DNA from: Eledone cirrhosa
Taxonomy: Eukaryota
Assembly: GCA_964016885.1 (NCBI GenBank)
Contig: OZ024740.1
Coordinates: 76,322,001-76,386,000, forward strand
DNA length: 64,000 nucleotides
Direction of reading: 5' to 3'
The stretch's first letter is position 1; each line of letters begins with the position of its first letter. Position numbers and translations under genes: made by a program. Shown one piece after another: positions 38,851 through 52,669 of this stretch. Below the pieces are notes generated by a model that searched no databases, was not told the DNA's origin, and was given only the letters and a program-made list of their open reading frames with translations.

Positions 38851-39024
38851 TATGACCCCGACGACAGAGCTCAAGCCGTTTCGACGGCTATTTCTGGACT
38901 AAAGTAAAAACGGCTTGAGCTCTGCCATCGGGGTCATAGTTTCTCCTATTACCCACTCTACTACCCTAAGTATTGAGTACTATGGTGCGTTATGGTCCAT
39001 CTGGTTCCTTACCACAACTCCTTC

Positions 39025-39101
<77 letters not shown>

Positions 39102-39284
39102 CGAAGGAAATGTGTTAAGGAACCAGGTGGACCATAACGCACCAAAGTACTCAATACTTAGGGTAGTAGAGTGGGTAATAGGAACGAGTAGGACCCCGAG
39201 GACTGAGCTCAAGCCGTTTCGACGGCTAATTCTGGTCTTAGCCGTCGAAGTGGCTTGAGCTCAGTCGTCAGGGTCCTACTCGTT

Positions 39285-39290
<6 letters not shown>
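38851..39290. mobile_element. Triple nested fold-back of a Penelope-like terminus carrying hammerhead stem II / 3' half
   Basis: Inverted arms around (TA)n (38908-39028 / 39100-39219), each with its own hairpin. Composite motif: GACGGCTA...TAGCCGTC-GAAAC-GGCT-TGAGCTC-AGTC-GTC. A third copy lies at 63884-64000. Confidence 0.75.
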
Positions 39291-39378
<88 letters not shown>

Positions 39379-39380
39379 CA

Positions 39381-39458
<78 letters not shown>

Positions 39459-39603
39459 GAGAGGGGGAGAGAGAGAAAAAACGAGAGTCTACTGTCGGGA
39501 TTTTTTATATATCTCTTTCTTTCTCTCCCCCTTCTCTCTCTCTATATATATACATATGTGTGCGTGCATGTGTGAGAGTGTGTGTGTATGTGTGTGTATG
39601 CGT

Positions 39604-39679
<76 letters not shown>

Positions 39680-40303
39680 GGTCATGTATGTGTCTGTAAC
39701 TATGTATATATACACACACATATATATATATATATGTATATATGTACACAATATATATGTACGTGCACGTGCAACATGCGTGGGTGGATGTTTTTTTTTA
39801 TCCGTTTACAGTAATACACACGTCATAAAATGTAACAAGATACTTAAAACCTTACAAACGTCACCAACAATATTTTATTACAAACAGTTTTTTCTTGTTG
39901 ATGTTTTCCCTCTAAAATTGTATATTCTGAATTTCTCTATTTATTTGAGTGTTCGTAATTTGAACATATTTGTACGTACGTATGTATGTGTGTATGTTTG
40001 TACATTGAATATACATGAATGTATGTATGTACGAATGTATGTTCGTATTTTGAGTATATATGTATGCGTTTATGTACGTATTACATAGAAATGTATACAT
40101 GTATGTACGTATCTACGTACACACGTATGTATGTACGTATATATGTACGTATGTATGTACGTATATATGTACGTATATATGTACGTATGTATGTACTATG
40201 TATTTATGTATGCCTGAATGTATATGTACACACACACACACATATATATATACATATATAAACGGAAAAAATGAAACGAAATTTCATTTCTCACTCTTAG
40301 TAC

Positions 40304-40359
<56 letters not shown>

Positions 40360-40499
40360 TCAGGTTTGAGGTTCACCACTGTATAGAGCTGGTCTATTCC
40401 GTATGGTCAATCGTAATGTAATAATATAGAGAGTACTCAACGTAAAGCAGTTCAACCGTCTTTGTTTTTGTAGTTGGTGGTGCTATTACGGAGTTAAAT

Positions 40500-40740
40500 A
40501 TTATAATAAAATGACAGGAGGCTGGATTTGTGTAAATCCTTAGAGGGTGCAAGATAGCGGTCGCCCTCGGGTCCTCGATTTTCAGCCCCATGGATTTTAT
40601 CTATTACATTCACGTATTATATTTCGAATACCTGATGATATCACTGGATTCATACGGAACCCGGTCATTGAAATGATCATAGTATAATAAACCTTTCAAG
40701 GATTTACACAAATCCAGCCTCCTGTCATTTCATTATAATT
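40500..40740. repeat. Fold-back with ~42-bp arms enclosing a hammerhead
   Basis: AAATGACAGGAGGCTGGATTTGTGTAAATCCTT and AAGGATTTACACAAATCCAGCCTCCTGTCATTT. Confidence 0.88.
40628..40685 (+). ncRNA. Type-I hammerhead ribozyme, core intact
   Basis: ATAC-CTGATGA-TATCACTGG...CCGGTCATT-GAAA-TGATC-ATA-GTAT, with palindromic ATGATCAT stem III, an AUA triplet and AATAAA immediately after. Confidence 0.8.
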
Positions 40741-40744
40741 ATTA

Positions 40745-40813
<69 letters not shown>

Positions 40814-40814
40814 A

Positions 40815-40848
<34 letters not shown>

Positions 40849-40863
40849 ATTTAATATAATTAA

Positions 40864-40963
40864 GAGAGATAAACACAGATATATACATATATGTGTTCAA
40901 ATCATAAGCGAATCTGGTCCCTTATAATTTGAACACATATATGCATATATCTGTGTTTCTCTC
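40864..40963. repeat. Fold-back with ~42-bp arms
   Basis: AAACACAGATATAT.CATATATGTGTTCAAAT.ATAAG and its reverse complement. Confidence 0.85.
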
Positions 40964-41126
40964 CTCACTCACAAACACATGCACCTATATTGATTTCTAT
41001 TCTACAAACACAGATCGATAGATACGCCTTGAAAATTAAGTACTGTGGTGAAATGAAATCTCCTCAAGATTGTGCCTCAGTCTATGGCCAAAAGATAAGA
41101 AAATGATATTATTATGTTAGCATTAA

Positions 41127-41317
41127 GGGTGGTGGATTGCCAGTATCGGTAGAGAGACGGACGCCATGCTTTGCGGCAAAGAGTTTCGGCTCTTTATGGT
41201 ATGAGTTCAAATCCCGCCTAGGTTAACTTTGCCTTTCATCCTTACGTGGTCGATAAAATAAAGTACCAGTAATGCACTGGGATAATTCCTGGCCTTGTGC
41301 CAAATGTAGAAACAATT
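41127..41317 (+). mobile_element. SINE S1, full length
   Basis: A and B boxes; probable TSD ATTATTATGTTA (41108-41119 / 41315-41326). Confidence 0.93.
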
Positions 41318-42091
41318 ATTATGTTAATATCTGCTGAACATCTGATTTCTTCTTTTCTTTATGTCTGGTCTGTTTGACAGGCGCATTCTCCAATATTCTT
41401 TTCTATTATGACCGATTATTCTCTCTACAACCTTGTACCGTCTTATATTTTGCTCACTGTGATTATACGTTCTACCAATTGCGTTTTATAGTTTTTTTTG
41501 CCACTATACCATGTCTCATAAGTAGATAATAGGTATTGTGTTCAATACAAAACGAATGACTATAAAGGGGATCGAAATAGATGGATGCAATTGAATTTCA
41601 ACGCAAAATTCTCTCTTTCTGGAGTTATAAAATCTGTAAATTGTGCGCGAAATAAAGTAAGAAAAACTTAAACGAACTTAGAGTCACAGTATAGATGAGG
41701 ATTTCTTTCTTTCTTTCTTTCTTTGATGATAATCTTAAATAAAGGCATACATATAGTTTATAAACGCAAATCAGCTTCACATCGCATATTTTAATTAATG
41801 TAAACATGCAGCGATTATTATCAAATTCACTGCAAATGACTGATAATTATTGACATATTATGCGTTGCATGGTTACCACAATTACAAAAACAATTTAAGT
41901 CTCTTCCACCATGTAATAACACATTGAGTTCATTTTTAACATGGTAGATTTCGTATTTTATTAGTGTCACCGTGTCATATATTGACACAAGTTATTTTAA
42001 ATGTGTCCTGAACATATTAACAGTTTTGAATGATATTATCTTTGAATGTGTATGCATGTTGCTTGTGAGGTCTCTGTGTGCATGTGTGTCT

Positions 42092-42128
<37 letters not shown>

Positions 42129-42394
42129 TACACACACATAATAACATATGTGGTGTGTGTGTTTGTGTGTCTGCGTGTTTGTGTGAATATGTGTGCGTGT
42201 GTCTGCGAGTGTGTGTTGGACTCCTTTATCGATTTCTTGTCTAACCTCTCAGTCAGTTAACCAAAGATTGTATTTACGTTGAGAAATCAAACCTGGTTTA
42301 TATCAGCAATAAGGACGAGCTGAACTATTGGACAACCTACTTCGTGATTTGATTACTGTGGGGAGATTTTATGTAGAAGTATCTACAATTTTTG

Positions 42395-42615
42395 GCTTTC
42401 TCAACGGAAAGAATCGCAAGACAAATTTTACGGGCAAAACCAGTCGGCAGGAGACCTAGGGGTAGTCCGCGAGCAAAATGGTTGGATAACATCCATGGTT
42501 GCTTCTGATAAGACCTGCTGGAAGGAGTCTTTGAAGACTCTGCCCCCACGACCCTCTCAGGAAGAATTGGGCGAAGAAGGAGATGAAGGCAATGACACCA
42601 AACTGGTGCATTTTG
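42395..42615 (+). mobile_element. RTE (Expander-like) LINE 3' fragment
   Basis: ERIARQILRAKPVGRRPRGSPRAKWLDNI. Confidence 0.7.
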
Positions 42616-43185
42616 TGCATCCAGCATAACGCCAATACAAGTTCGATTCCTTCAGGCGTTTTTGTCCTACTCTTTCTATCTCCATTGGTTTACTTACCTA
42701 ACTTATTGAACTATTTTATCGTCAAATAGTTAAACATGCTTTATGGCGGCTAACATCCTTTTAAAATTTAAAATTTTCAGTACAATTCGTAAAAGGATTA
42801 ATTGTTTTCTTTACATTTACTGGTTGAGAGAATACGCTGATAAAAGAGCTGGATGAAATGGCCAGAAGTGCTTTGTTGTAATAACAATCTAGTCATTCGG
42901 CATACGGCAGACGCGGGTTCGATTCCCGTATGCGTCTCTGTGTATTTGTTTTGATCTCCAAGTTTTTATTTACTTGTTTAAACATGTTTTGTGGCAGCTT
43001 TTACAAGCTAACATATTTTCAAAATATAAACTTATGTTTTCACACGTAAATATAGTTTTGTAAATATTCGCATATTGTTTTATGTGTATTTGTGCGAGAT
43101 ATATTCGTTAGAGAGTAGGACAAAATGACATGCAGTATATGTTCCGGCTCTCTTCGTTTTCAGCGCAAATCCCGCGTAGATGAAA

Positions 43186-43582
43186 TTTCTTCTTCTTCTT
43201 CTTCTTCTTCTTCTTCTTCTTCTTCTTCTTCTTCTTCTTCTTCTTCTTCTTCTTCTTCTTCTTCTTCTTCTTCCATCGTATCCTGTCAGAATCAACCGTC
43301 TCCAACTGATCCGGCTGGATCTCCAAGTGAGATCAGCCAAGTTCATGGATGTTATCCAACCATCTTGTTCGGGTTCACCACTGGGTCTCCTGCTGGTTGG
43401 TTTTGCCCGTAAAATTTGTCCAGCGATTCTTTCCTGTGACATTCTAACCACATGCTCATAGTATAGAAGCTGTGATATCTCAATTCGGAGAAGTAGCGGC
43501 TCTACCTAAAGTGACTCTTTGATCTCCGAGCTATGCACTCTATTAAATAACGTTACTCCAAAGACCCTTTGGAGGAACCCAT
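43186..43582 (-). mobile_element. RTE (Expander-like) LINE 3' fragment with (GAA)n tail
   Basis: HVVRMSQERIAGQILRAKPTSRRPSG..WLDNI; (CTT)n at 43186-43273. Confidence 0.75.
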
Positions 43583-43989
43583 TCAGGGTCGATAAAATAA
43601 ATTACCGATTGTAGATTGGCGGTATTAGTAAAGTGTTAGTATTTTTTCCGCCTTCTTTCCATCTGAGCTCTTGACCCTCAGATGATTTTAGCGGATTCTA
43701 TAAGGCTGCAGATAATCAGGCAAGGCTTCTGGTTTGAAGGTATCTTTCTAACCCCCACACCACCAATCCCAACACTGTTGTGAGCTCTGAAAAGTGTCAT
43801 GGACATCGCTTTTCCGTCCTAAATAAAAAGCAAAAATCTGAGAAAAAAACCCCAAAATACTCCGTTGTAGAACAGTTTCAGTGAATAAATATCTCTGTTA
43901 CAAGAATTAAGATGCATCTTGTTAAGTTCATATATGTCAAGTTAGCACCCCCTCACACACACACGCACACGCACACGCAACGCACACGC

Positions 43990-44099
<110 letters not shown>

Positions 44100-44281
44100 G
44101 CGCACACACATACGCGCATGTATGTGTGTATGGGTGTATATGTGTTTCTGTGTTAATATTTCGTTTTCTCAATGAAAAACTAAAACAGTTGATAAATGTC
44201 TCCATTGACGTAAGTAGTCAATTCAAATTTTGTCGGCCATTGCAACTCGGAATCTTTCAATGGAGACACAGAAAAGTAAAA

Positions 44282-44585
44282 GAGCAACAACAACCACAAT
44301 AACAACAACAACAACAACAACAACAACACCAACGTCGACGATGACAAAAACAACAACGACAACAACAACAAAAACAACAACGACGGCGATAGTGACAACA
44401 CAACGATAACAACAACAACCACAACGACAACAACAACCACAACAACAAAAACAACCACAACGACAACAACAACCACAACGACGACAAAAAACAACAGTCG
44501 ACGACAACATGAACATCAACAACATCAGCAACAAAAAACAAACAAAATAAATACATCATATAAAACAAATAAAAACTATAAAATC

Positions 44586-44637
<52 letters not shown>

Positions 44638-44860
44638 GCAACAGCAGCAGCACTGACAACGATAACAAAAACAACAGCAACAACAATAGAGATATCAACA
44701 TCAACGAAAACAGCAACAACAGCAGCAACAATAACAACGACAACAATAACAATAACAATAATAACAATAACAATAATAACAATAACAATACCAACAATAA
44801 CAAACTATAGGAATTATACTAAAATCAACAACAAGTACAACAACAGTAACCCAACAAACC
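44282..44860 (+). repeat. (CAA)n / (CAATAA)n low-complexity tract
   Basis: Simple repeats. Confidence 0.92.
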
Positions 44861-45026
44861 AGGCTTATTTTCCTCCATACATTGACCTTTAATCGAGAAT
44901 TCCCAGGACTTGATTTTATTTCAAAACCCTCACACTCCTATTTTCTTCTCTCTCTCCACTCTGCTTCCGATCTAACTATTGCTACCATAAACACCACATA
45001 CATTATCCCTATTTCCACTATTTAAT

Positions 45027-45066
<40 letters not shown>

Positions 45067-45116
45067 GGTGGTGGTGGTGGTGGTGGTGGTGGTGGTGGCA
45101 CTACTACTACTACTAT

Positions 45117-45175
<59 letters not shown>
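45027..45175. repeat. Compound microsatellite (AGT)n-(GGT)n-(ACT)n
   Basis: The outer tracts are mutually complementary. Confidence 0.9.
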
Positions 45176-45184
45176 TGAATAATA

Positions 45185-46960
45185 ATGATTATTATTATTT
45201 TCTCTTATTGGCAACTAAGGACCGAAACATAGAGGTCAATACAAAAGAACAGGGACAGTGGGGATTTACATAAAAGTGTAAAAAGGATAACGGGTAACGA
45301 TTAACAATACATTAATAACAAAATGATTCACCAATAGTGGGGAGTACCACTCAGAGATAACTTAGGAACCTCACAAATCCTAAATCACCCTAATCCTCAA
45401 GAGCACCATGGAAGGTGCCCTTCTTCTTCCTAAAGTTTCCAGTATACAGGAACATGGTCAGAGTAGGCCCATTGATTCGAGCTATCCTCGCTACAGTCCT
45501 CCACCTTTAATCAAATGTACTATAGGGGAAAACTATTTCTTCTCCAGCCTCACCTTTCTTTCCAAACTACACCTGAAAAAGTTGATGAGGGCTTGGCCGA
45601 AGAGGAAAGTGTCTCTCTTTAGTCCTTTTAGCCATTTCCACCCCACAACCTCTTTAGCTATAGCCACCAGACAGAGGAAAACCACCTGCCCTTCCCGGCC
45701 AAAAAAAAAACCCCAGGTCGGGCGATCTTCAAGATAATGCCAATCCAATAGCTGGACCTGTCATAGAAAAGTCAGTGATGTTCGGACACTGTACGAATGC
45801 ACACATCTCGGGCAGGTCCGTCTGAGGGTGCTTCAATGTATGTAGAGTTTGTCGCGAACCAGCTGAACCCTACGGTAGCACTGTAAGACCAGGGATTTCT
45901 GGAAAATTTCCATAGCCCGTGGCTTGAGGATTCTCAGAAATGATTGCTTAGTTCGATTTCGTCGACGCCTATAGTTTCTCTGAGAACGACGTCACTCTTC
46001 TCCACCACTAGTCCTCTATAGAAAGCTCGAGTGGAATTTCCAACCGCATTGCTGATTGGCAGAGGACTGTGATCCCCTGATATAATTCCAGATGCATAGA
46101 GCCCAGCCTCATTCTTCGCTTGACCCACGGTTGTAGTTCAGTCAAAGAGACAAACAGCAAAAAGATGTGCCTGACAAACGGCAACTACACCTGTATACCA
46201 TTTAGGAATATATGGAGATGCCGTAGCCTCAGCGTATAGAGGTCGCTGGTGGTAGATGGACCATCTCACCAGTGGAATCTGAGCATTCCACAAGAAATTG
46301 AATAGCAGACGCTCCAGTATGGTAAGGTGCAGACGGAGAAAAAGCCAAATGGTCAAGTGGTAATAGATGATGGACGCGATGTACGCGTTCACCACCACTG
46401 CTCGACCTTTCAGGGAGAGCTTCCTCTCAGCCGGTTTCTGGCTGATAGTGGCCACTCCACTCTGCTCGTTACATCATCCCAGTTTTTATCCTTCAAGAGG
46501 TCTGGACTGAACCAGAACCCAAGCAACTTCCCCTTTCTGTCCGCCCAGCATTCAACGACGCAGTTGAACGGCATGGATTTGCCTCTCCAGGTGCCACGCT
46601 ACAAACCCACTAACATTTCCGGGTTGATCTTTGTTCCCATCAATCTTTCATATTAATTTAAGAAGTTGCCGACCACCTGGATTTCTGAGGTGTTCGACAC
46701 CATCACGGGGGTATCTGCATATACCGAGCATCCCTTCCACGCTCCGGTTAGAGCAGGATGCCCTGCAACAGCTCTCTCTCTCCCGCAGTAGTGGCCCTAG
46801 AGTCAAAACGTACAGAAAGAAGGAGTAAGGACATCATTGACGGACTGAGCGCATGATCTGGAAAGGTTCCTCTAGGTGGCCATTTATTTTGACTACCGAG
46901 CAGGTGTCGCTGGGCATTGTAAGTGTGTTGAACAAAAGACATTATGAAATAGATGACGCA
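45185..46960 (-). mobile_element. Decayed 5'-truncated Tx1/L1-like LINE (RT to 3' UTR)
   Basis: NGHLEEPFQIMRSVRQ*CP..LYVL, VYAD and ERKLSLKGRAVVVNAYIASIIYY..LFNFLW; (AAT)n tail. Confidence 0.82.
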
Positions 46961-47546
46961 ATACTGCAATGAGCCCTACAGAAAATCGGAAGCAGGTAAT
47001 TCCCAGATCCAGACTTTATAACAGGGTGCTGGTTTAGGAATCTCACCTTTTATCGACAACGTTTAGTAAGGTTGTAATGAGAGAGTATCAGAGGCACGCA
47101 ATATTTACCCTAAAAGCTATCAAAACACCCCATCTTCCCAAATAACCAGACAACTCCTGTAAATAACCTGACAAGACATTTGTTTAAATTATACACTGGA
47201 CGCCACAATTTGTTCTTGCAAGGTTTATTCTGAAACCAATATCATCATAACAACTGGTCAAGCTGGAGGAATGAATGTAATATGGTGCTATATTGAGCAG
47301 CTATTGATTAACTATATGATCTGAGAAAAATAGTGAAGAACCGCAGGTATTTGGCTGTAATGTGGTTGGACTATAATAGTCTTCTATAATATACCAACTC
47401 TATGGACACTCACATATACCTGTATATATACACACACACCTCTCTCTTCCTCTCTCTCTCTATCTCTTTGTATACACACACACATATATATACATATATA
47501 TGTATATATGTATGTGTATATGTCTATATATATGTCATTCTCTCAT

Positions 47547-47617
<71 letters not shown>

Positions 47618-47633
47618 CTCTTTCTATATATAT

Positions 47634-47687
<54 letters not shown>

Positions 47688-47989
47688 GGAGAGAAAGAGA
47701 GTTATAACCTATGAATAAACACGTGCTGACGTATGAACATACACACACATGTACATGCACGCATGCACACATTTAATGCTGTTCTTTGTTAATTAGTGTG
47801 TATGCGTGTGTGTGCGTGTGTATGTGTGCGTGAGTGTGTATGTGTGTATGTGTGATTTATTATAATATTCTCGTTTCGGTAAATGTCAACCATGATTGTC
47901 TCACAAACCGTTCCGCGTCATTCCATTGATAGACAAAGCGTGGGACCATCGTGGTTTATCCCACACTATCGTCTCCACCTCCCTACACA

Positions 47990-48250
47990 GCAGCACTACC
48001 ACACCACCACCATCACCACTACCACCATCTTCACCACCACCACCACCACCACCACCATCTCTACCACCACCACCACCACCTCCGCCGCCGCCGCCGCCGC
48101 CGCCATCACCACCAACACCGCTAACACCGCCACCACCACCACCACTACCACCATCTCCACCACCACCACAACCACCTCCGCCGCCGCCAAAACCACCACC
48201 ACCACCACCACCGCCGCCAACACCACCTCAACCACCTCAACCACCGCCGT
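47990..48250 (+). repeat. (CAC/CCG)n low-complexity tract
   Basis: Simple repeat; the poly-T and poly-P ORFs are artefacts. Confidence 0.9.
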
Positions 48251-48635
48251 CACACACAGACACACATTTCCACCGTACTGCCTCGATTTACAAATTTAAA
48301 AAAAAAATTCTAAAGCTGCCACTCGTAATCGAGTATGACTTGGTAGTGCGCACCATGCTTTCGCTAAGAGTTTTAGGTACCCATGCAATGGCGAGCAGAC
48401 ACAAACACCCTCTCGATTCTCCCTCTTTTCATCCAGTGTAACATCAAGGATGTGTCACATTAAAAGATAAAGTGCTCTATCAATAATAGGCAGTGGCTTT
48501 CTTTATCGATCCCTAAATGTCGAAAGACAAAGTAGATCCCAGTGAAATTTGAAGGTAGAACGCTGAGACGTAGACCAAATATTCAATGCTTATAAGGACT
48601 CTGTCAAATCAACCAGCTTCAACATCCGTCATTTC

Positions 48636-48922
48636 CCTCGACGAAAATAACGAAACAGTCTGCAGGTGAAATTAAGGTGCAAGTGGTCAATCATTCAACA
48701 GACACGTGTACTCTTAACGTAGTTTTCAGCGTGATTCAGCGTGACACAGTGTGCGACAATGTTGTCATTTTTAATTACAGGTGTAACTTAATTTTGCTAG
48801 CTGGGTGGACTGGGGCAACATGAAATAAAGTCTCTTGTTGAAGGACGCAATGTGCCGCCAGAAATCGAACTCGCGACATTTAATCGTGAGGCGACCTCTG
48901 TAGCCACTAAGCCACATGCCAT
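48636..48922 (-). mobile_element. tRNA-derived SINE S2 (CORE-like), full length; fragment at ~49670-49726
   Basis: A box TGGCTTAGTGG, B box GAGTTCGATTTC, then GCGTCCTTCAACAAGAGACTTTA resembling the CORE domain. Confidence 0.8.
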
Positions 48923-49069
48923 CACAGCACCTCAGATTATGGGACGTTGTGATTGTCGTATAAAGTTATAACACCCCATCATACTACATAGCATGCAGAC
49001 ACGAGTTAAAGATGGAGCGCCTACGTTATCGCTTTACATGCTAAAAATGGTAGCCAAATGCTTTCTAAT

Positions 49070-49145
49070 AATTGTTTCTACTTTTGGCACAAGGCCAGCA
49101 ATTATATCAGTGCATAACAGGTACTTTATTTTATCGACCCCGTAA
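49070..49145 (-). mobile_element. SINE S1 3' fragment
   Basis: Family tail match. Confidence 0.85.
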
Positions 49146-49779
49146 TAATACCCATTAATCTTACAAACAGAAAAGGCGAATTGGATAATGATACCCCCCC
49201 CCCCCCATGTCTCATAAGAAAAGTGTAGATCGACACAGCTAGAATATCTTTGGTGATAGGTCATCCGATGAGGATTGAATTGGTGTTAAGCAACAGCAAT
49301 AACAACAACACTGTGCTATACTAGCCAACGAAGTAGTCATTATATAGTCGATTAATCTGCTGGAAATAGCAGTCAAATTCCCCCTCAAAGCAAAGCATAT
49401 CACCATAAAAAGAAAAAAGACATTAGATCTGTTATGATATTATGGCAATACTTGGAATGCTTTGGTCAGAAATCTGTCTCGATTTAAGCTAACTTGGGGC
49501 TAGAAAACAATCCCATGCTACATTAGAACATGCACTGTTATATAATAGAACATCTAGTCTCTCCTACAATATTGATGGTTGAACGTCTAGCTGTCGGTAT
49601 ATTGTATGCATGTGGTGACGGTGGTGGTGGTGGTTGTGGACACTCGTGTCGGTTGCGAATACCAGTGTTCCAGTGTTTCAAGCAACGGAACAGCCTGCTC
49701 GTGAATTTAACGTGCAAATGACTGAGAAGATATTCTCGGCAGAGCTGTTTTGCTAGAGAACGGGTCGCAGGTGGCGGAA

Positions 49780-49985
49780 TGGCTGCACGGCTGGAATGAA
49801 AATCAGTGCTGCGAAAACTGAGACATTCGTCCTCTCAAGGAAGCCTGTGCAGTGCATTCTACATGTGAATAGAGTTCCACAGAAGCAGATGGAGAAGTTA
49901 AAGTATCTCGGGACCGTGTTCACGTGTGATGGAAGGCACGAGGTTGAATTAAGTGCAAGAATTGCTGGAGCTGGTGCAGTAATTC
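49780..49985 (+). mobile_element. RTE-like RT fragment
   Basis: AGMKISAAKTE..QMEKLKYLGTVFTCDGRHEVELSARIAGA. Confidence 0.75.
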
Positions 49986-51769
49986 TCATTTTGCAAATAT
50001 ATTCTTCTATATCCTCGGAGCGTCCAAGGCCCTGTGAGCGAAATTTGGTTGGCGGGGCTGTATCGATGCCCATCAGAGATACCGTTCCCGTTCTACGGTG
50101 ATAGACTTAATCTGTTACATGGGTTAACATCGCAATCCAATCCTTGGTTATCCTTAGCGGATTTGGACCTGATGTCCACTTTCATAGTAATTTCCTCCCT
50201 TCATCCAAAATTTTCCGCGTCCCTATGGGCTCTAGTCTTTCCTCTCCGGCTTATCTAAAAAAAAAAAAAATATCGAAATATACTTTAAATCAAAACTTAC
50301 TTGTCTCCCGATTTCCTTACCACTAATTACATCAATACCAACATACATACACATACACACACATATACACCCTTATATATACACACACATGCACTAGCAT
50401 ACTTACACATACCGGCTTAATGCTTCACTAAACATTTACATTTTTGTAGGAAAAAGGTCCCCTGTTGCTTCCTGTCCTTAGGCAATCCCCCGCCTCAATC
50501 AAATCCTTTTGCAATTTTACAGTTAATTAAGAAACCATTACACCTCACTGCTAAATCTCCACAACGGCTACATAGCAGGTCAACAGCTGTATGAGGAACT
50601 CCAAATCAACGGAGAGGGAGGGGGGTTTCTTTGTGATCGCTCGAGATGCTAGAAATAGCAGACAACTTTTCTTATATCATACGATTTGCCTATTTTATAA
50701 ATATATTTATGGGAATTATTCTGATGAGCTTTCCTCGTTGTAGCCTCGTATTCACTAGTTAACAGAACACCAGATTGGCGGCTAGGTGTCACAAAATTTC
50801 AGTTGAAATATAATCGTAAATTTTATTCTAATATTTTCGCCCATTTCGCCTATAGAATTCTTTTCTGTGTTCTTGCTTTCCTGATCACTACAATTTGCAA
50901 ACATTCAAAAGCAACATCAATTATCATTTTCTCTACTTTTGTCTTGTTCTTCTTCCTTCTCAATAACCCCTTGCATTTTAGTGGCTTTATTGCCTTGCGT
51001 GGGCTGAGCAAAGAAGAAAAAAAAAATGTAATCTTAGAAGGGATGTTTCTCTCACCACACTATCCCATCCCCAGGGTAGTGCTGCTACCTTTATTTTCGA
51101 CTCTGGCTGGATGAAAGAAAAAAATGTAAATGAACACTTAACCATATATCGCAAAGCATTTTCGTCAAGCCTTCCTTGATTCTACAAATCTGTCATCGAC
51201 GTTGCAATAAGGAAAATAATAGTTTTTAATGTAAGAACAAGGCTAGCAATATACTGGATGGTCGACATTGCATTTCCAGGGGTTGGCTGACGAGGAGTTT
51301 ATAGGCTTTTGTCCATTTATCCTGCATGTCCGTTTTTCGTGTGCAACTTTAATATATACACATATATATGTGTGTGTGTTCATACATACATATATACATA
51401 TATATATGTATATATGTATATATATATACATATGTGTGTGTATGTGTGTGCGTGTGTGTATGTATGTATGTATGTTTATATATATGTTATTATATATGAA
51501 TATATATAAATGTGTGTGTGTGTAATATAATTTACAGGCACTCCCCGATTTACGACCGGATTCCTTTCCAGCCACATAGTCATAAGTCGTTATGGCCGTA
51601 ACTTGAAGACCTATACGTATAACATGGTTTATATCGATTGCCCACATTACTGTATTACACAACTATTACATTTTGCATCTATATTCATTCAAACACCCTC
51701 TTTCAATATAAGCCAGTCTCATCCACGTTGAAAAATCTGTTTTGCTGAGTACCTTTACTCTGTAATAAT

Positions 51770-51991
51770 GTTTTTTTTTTTATATAGACACAAGGCCTGC
51801 AATATGCGGGGAGGGGAAAGTCGATTAAATCGACCCCAGTGCGTGACTGGTACTTTATTTTATCGACCGCGTAAGGATGAAAGGCAAAGTTAACCTCAGC
51901 GGGATTTGAACTCAGATCATAAAGGGCCGTAACTCTATGTTGCAAAGCATGGCGTCCGAACCTCTACCGATACTGCCAATCCACCGCCCTT
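51770..51991 (-). mobile_element. SINE S1 variant (longer 3' body) with an 18-bp TSD
   Basis: CCTTTACTCTGTAATAAT at 51752-51769 and 51992-52009. Confidence 0.93.
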
Positions 51992-52006
51992 CCTTTACTC
52001 TGTAAT

Positions 52007-52190
52007 AATTGTTTCTATTTTAGGCACAAGGCCAGCAATTACTCAGTACATTACTGGTACTTTATTTTATCGACCGCGTAAGGATGAAAGGCAAATTTAA
52101 CCTCGGCGGGATTTGAACTCAGATCATAAAGGGACGTAACTCTATGCTTCAAAGCATGGTGTCCGACTCTCTACCGATACTGCCAATCCA
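52007..52190 (-). mobile_element. SINE S1, full length
   Basis: A and B boxes and tail. Confidence 0.93.
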
Positions 52191-52669
52191 CATTATCCAA
52201 AGTGTCAATAAACATCCCATTTGATACCTCATCGGCATTCGCTGCTTCTCATATTACTTGAATATTACGCATATAATTTCTATAAATTTTAAGCATTTCA
52301 ACCATCACTTAATACGTTGGAATTTTTCCTTATATTCCTCTTCAATTCGTTCCCTCAACTTTTCAAAAGAATTTCAAGCATTAATTTGAATTTTTAATAG
52401 GCATATGGGTACACGTTTTTGTATCCGTTCGTCCATACAGAACAATAATAATTCCTTTATCACTTGTTTTATTATTATCGTCAACTGCATGGTGGTCAAA
52501 CATTTTACTATGTTGAAATCTCTTTCCTTGTCTCAGAAATTAATGTAGATCATTGAATGAGATAACTGTAAATTGTATTTAGTCATTTAGTCTACATACA
52601 AAGATATTCGCTTGATGGCAATTAGTTCTGCAATTTCATATTAGTAAGTCATGCTTTAAAGCTCTACCT

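Larger units (their letters stand above)
51535..52400 (-). mobile_element. Tigger/pogo-like DNA transposon remnant carrying two SINE insertions
   Basis: TA plus TIR-like CAGGCACTCCCCGATTTACG; minus-strand FFNVDETGLY and EAANAD motifs. Confidence 0.65.

Noticed and set aside
50721-50775. CTGATGAG hammerhead candidate
   Set aside because: No downstream GAAA or stem III.
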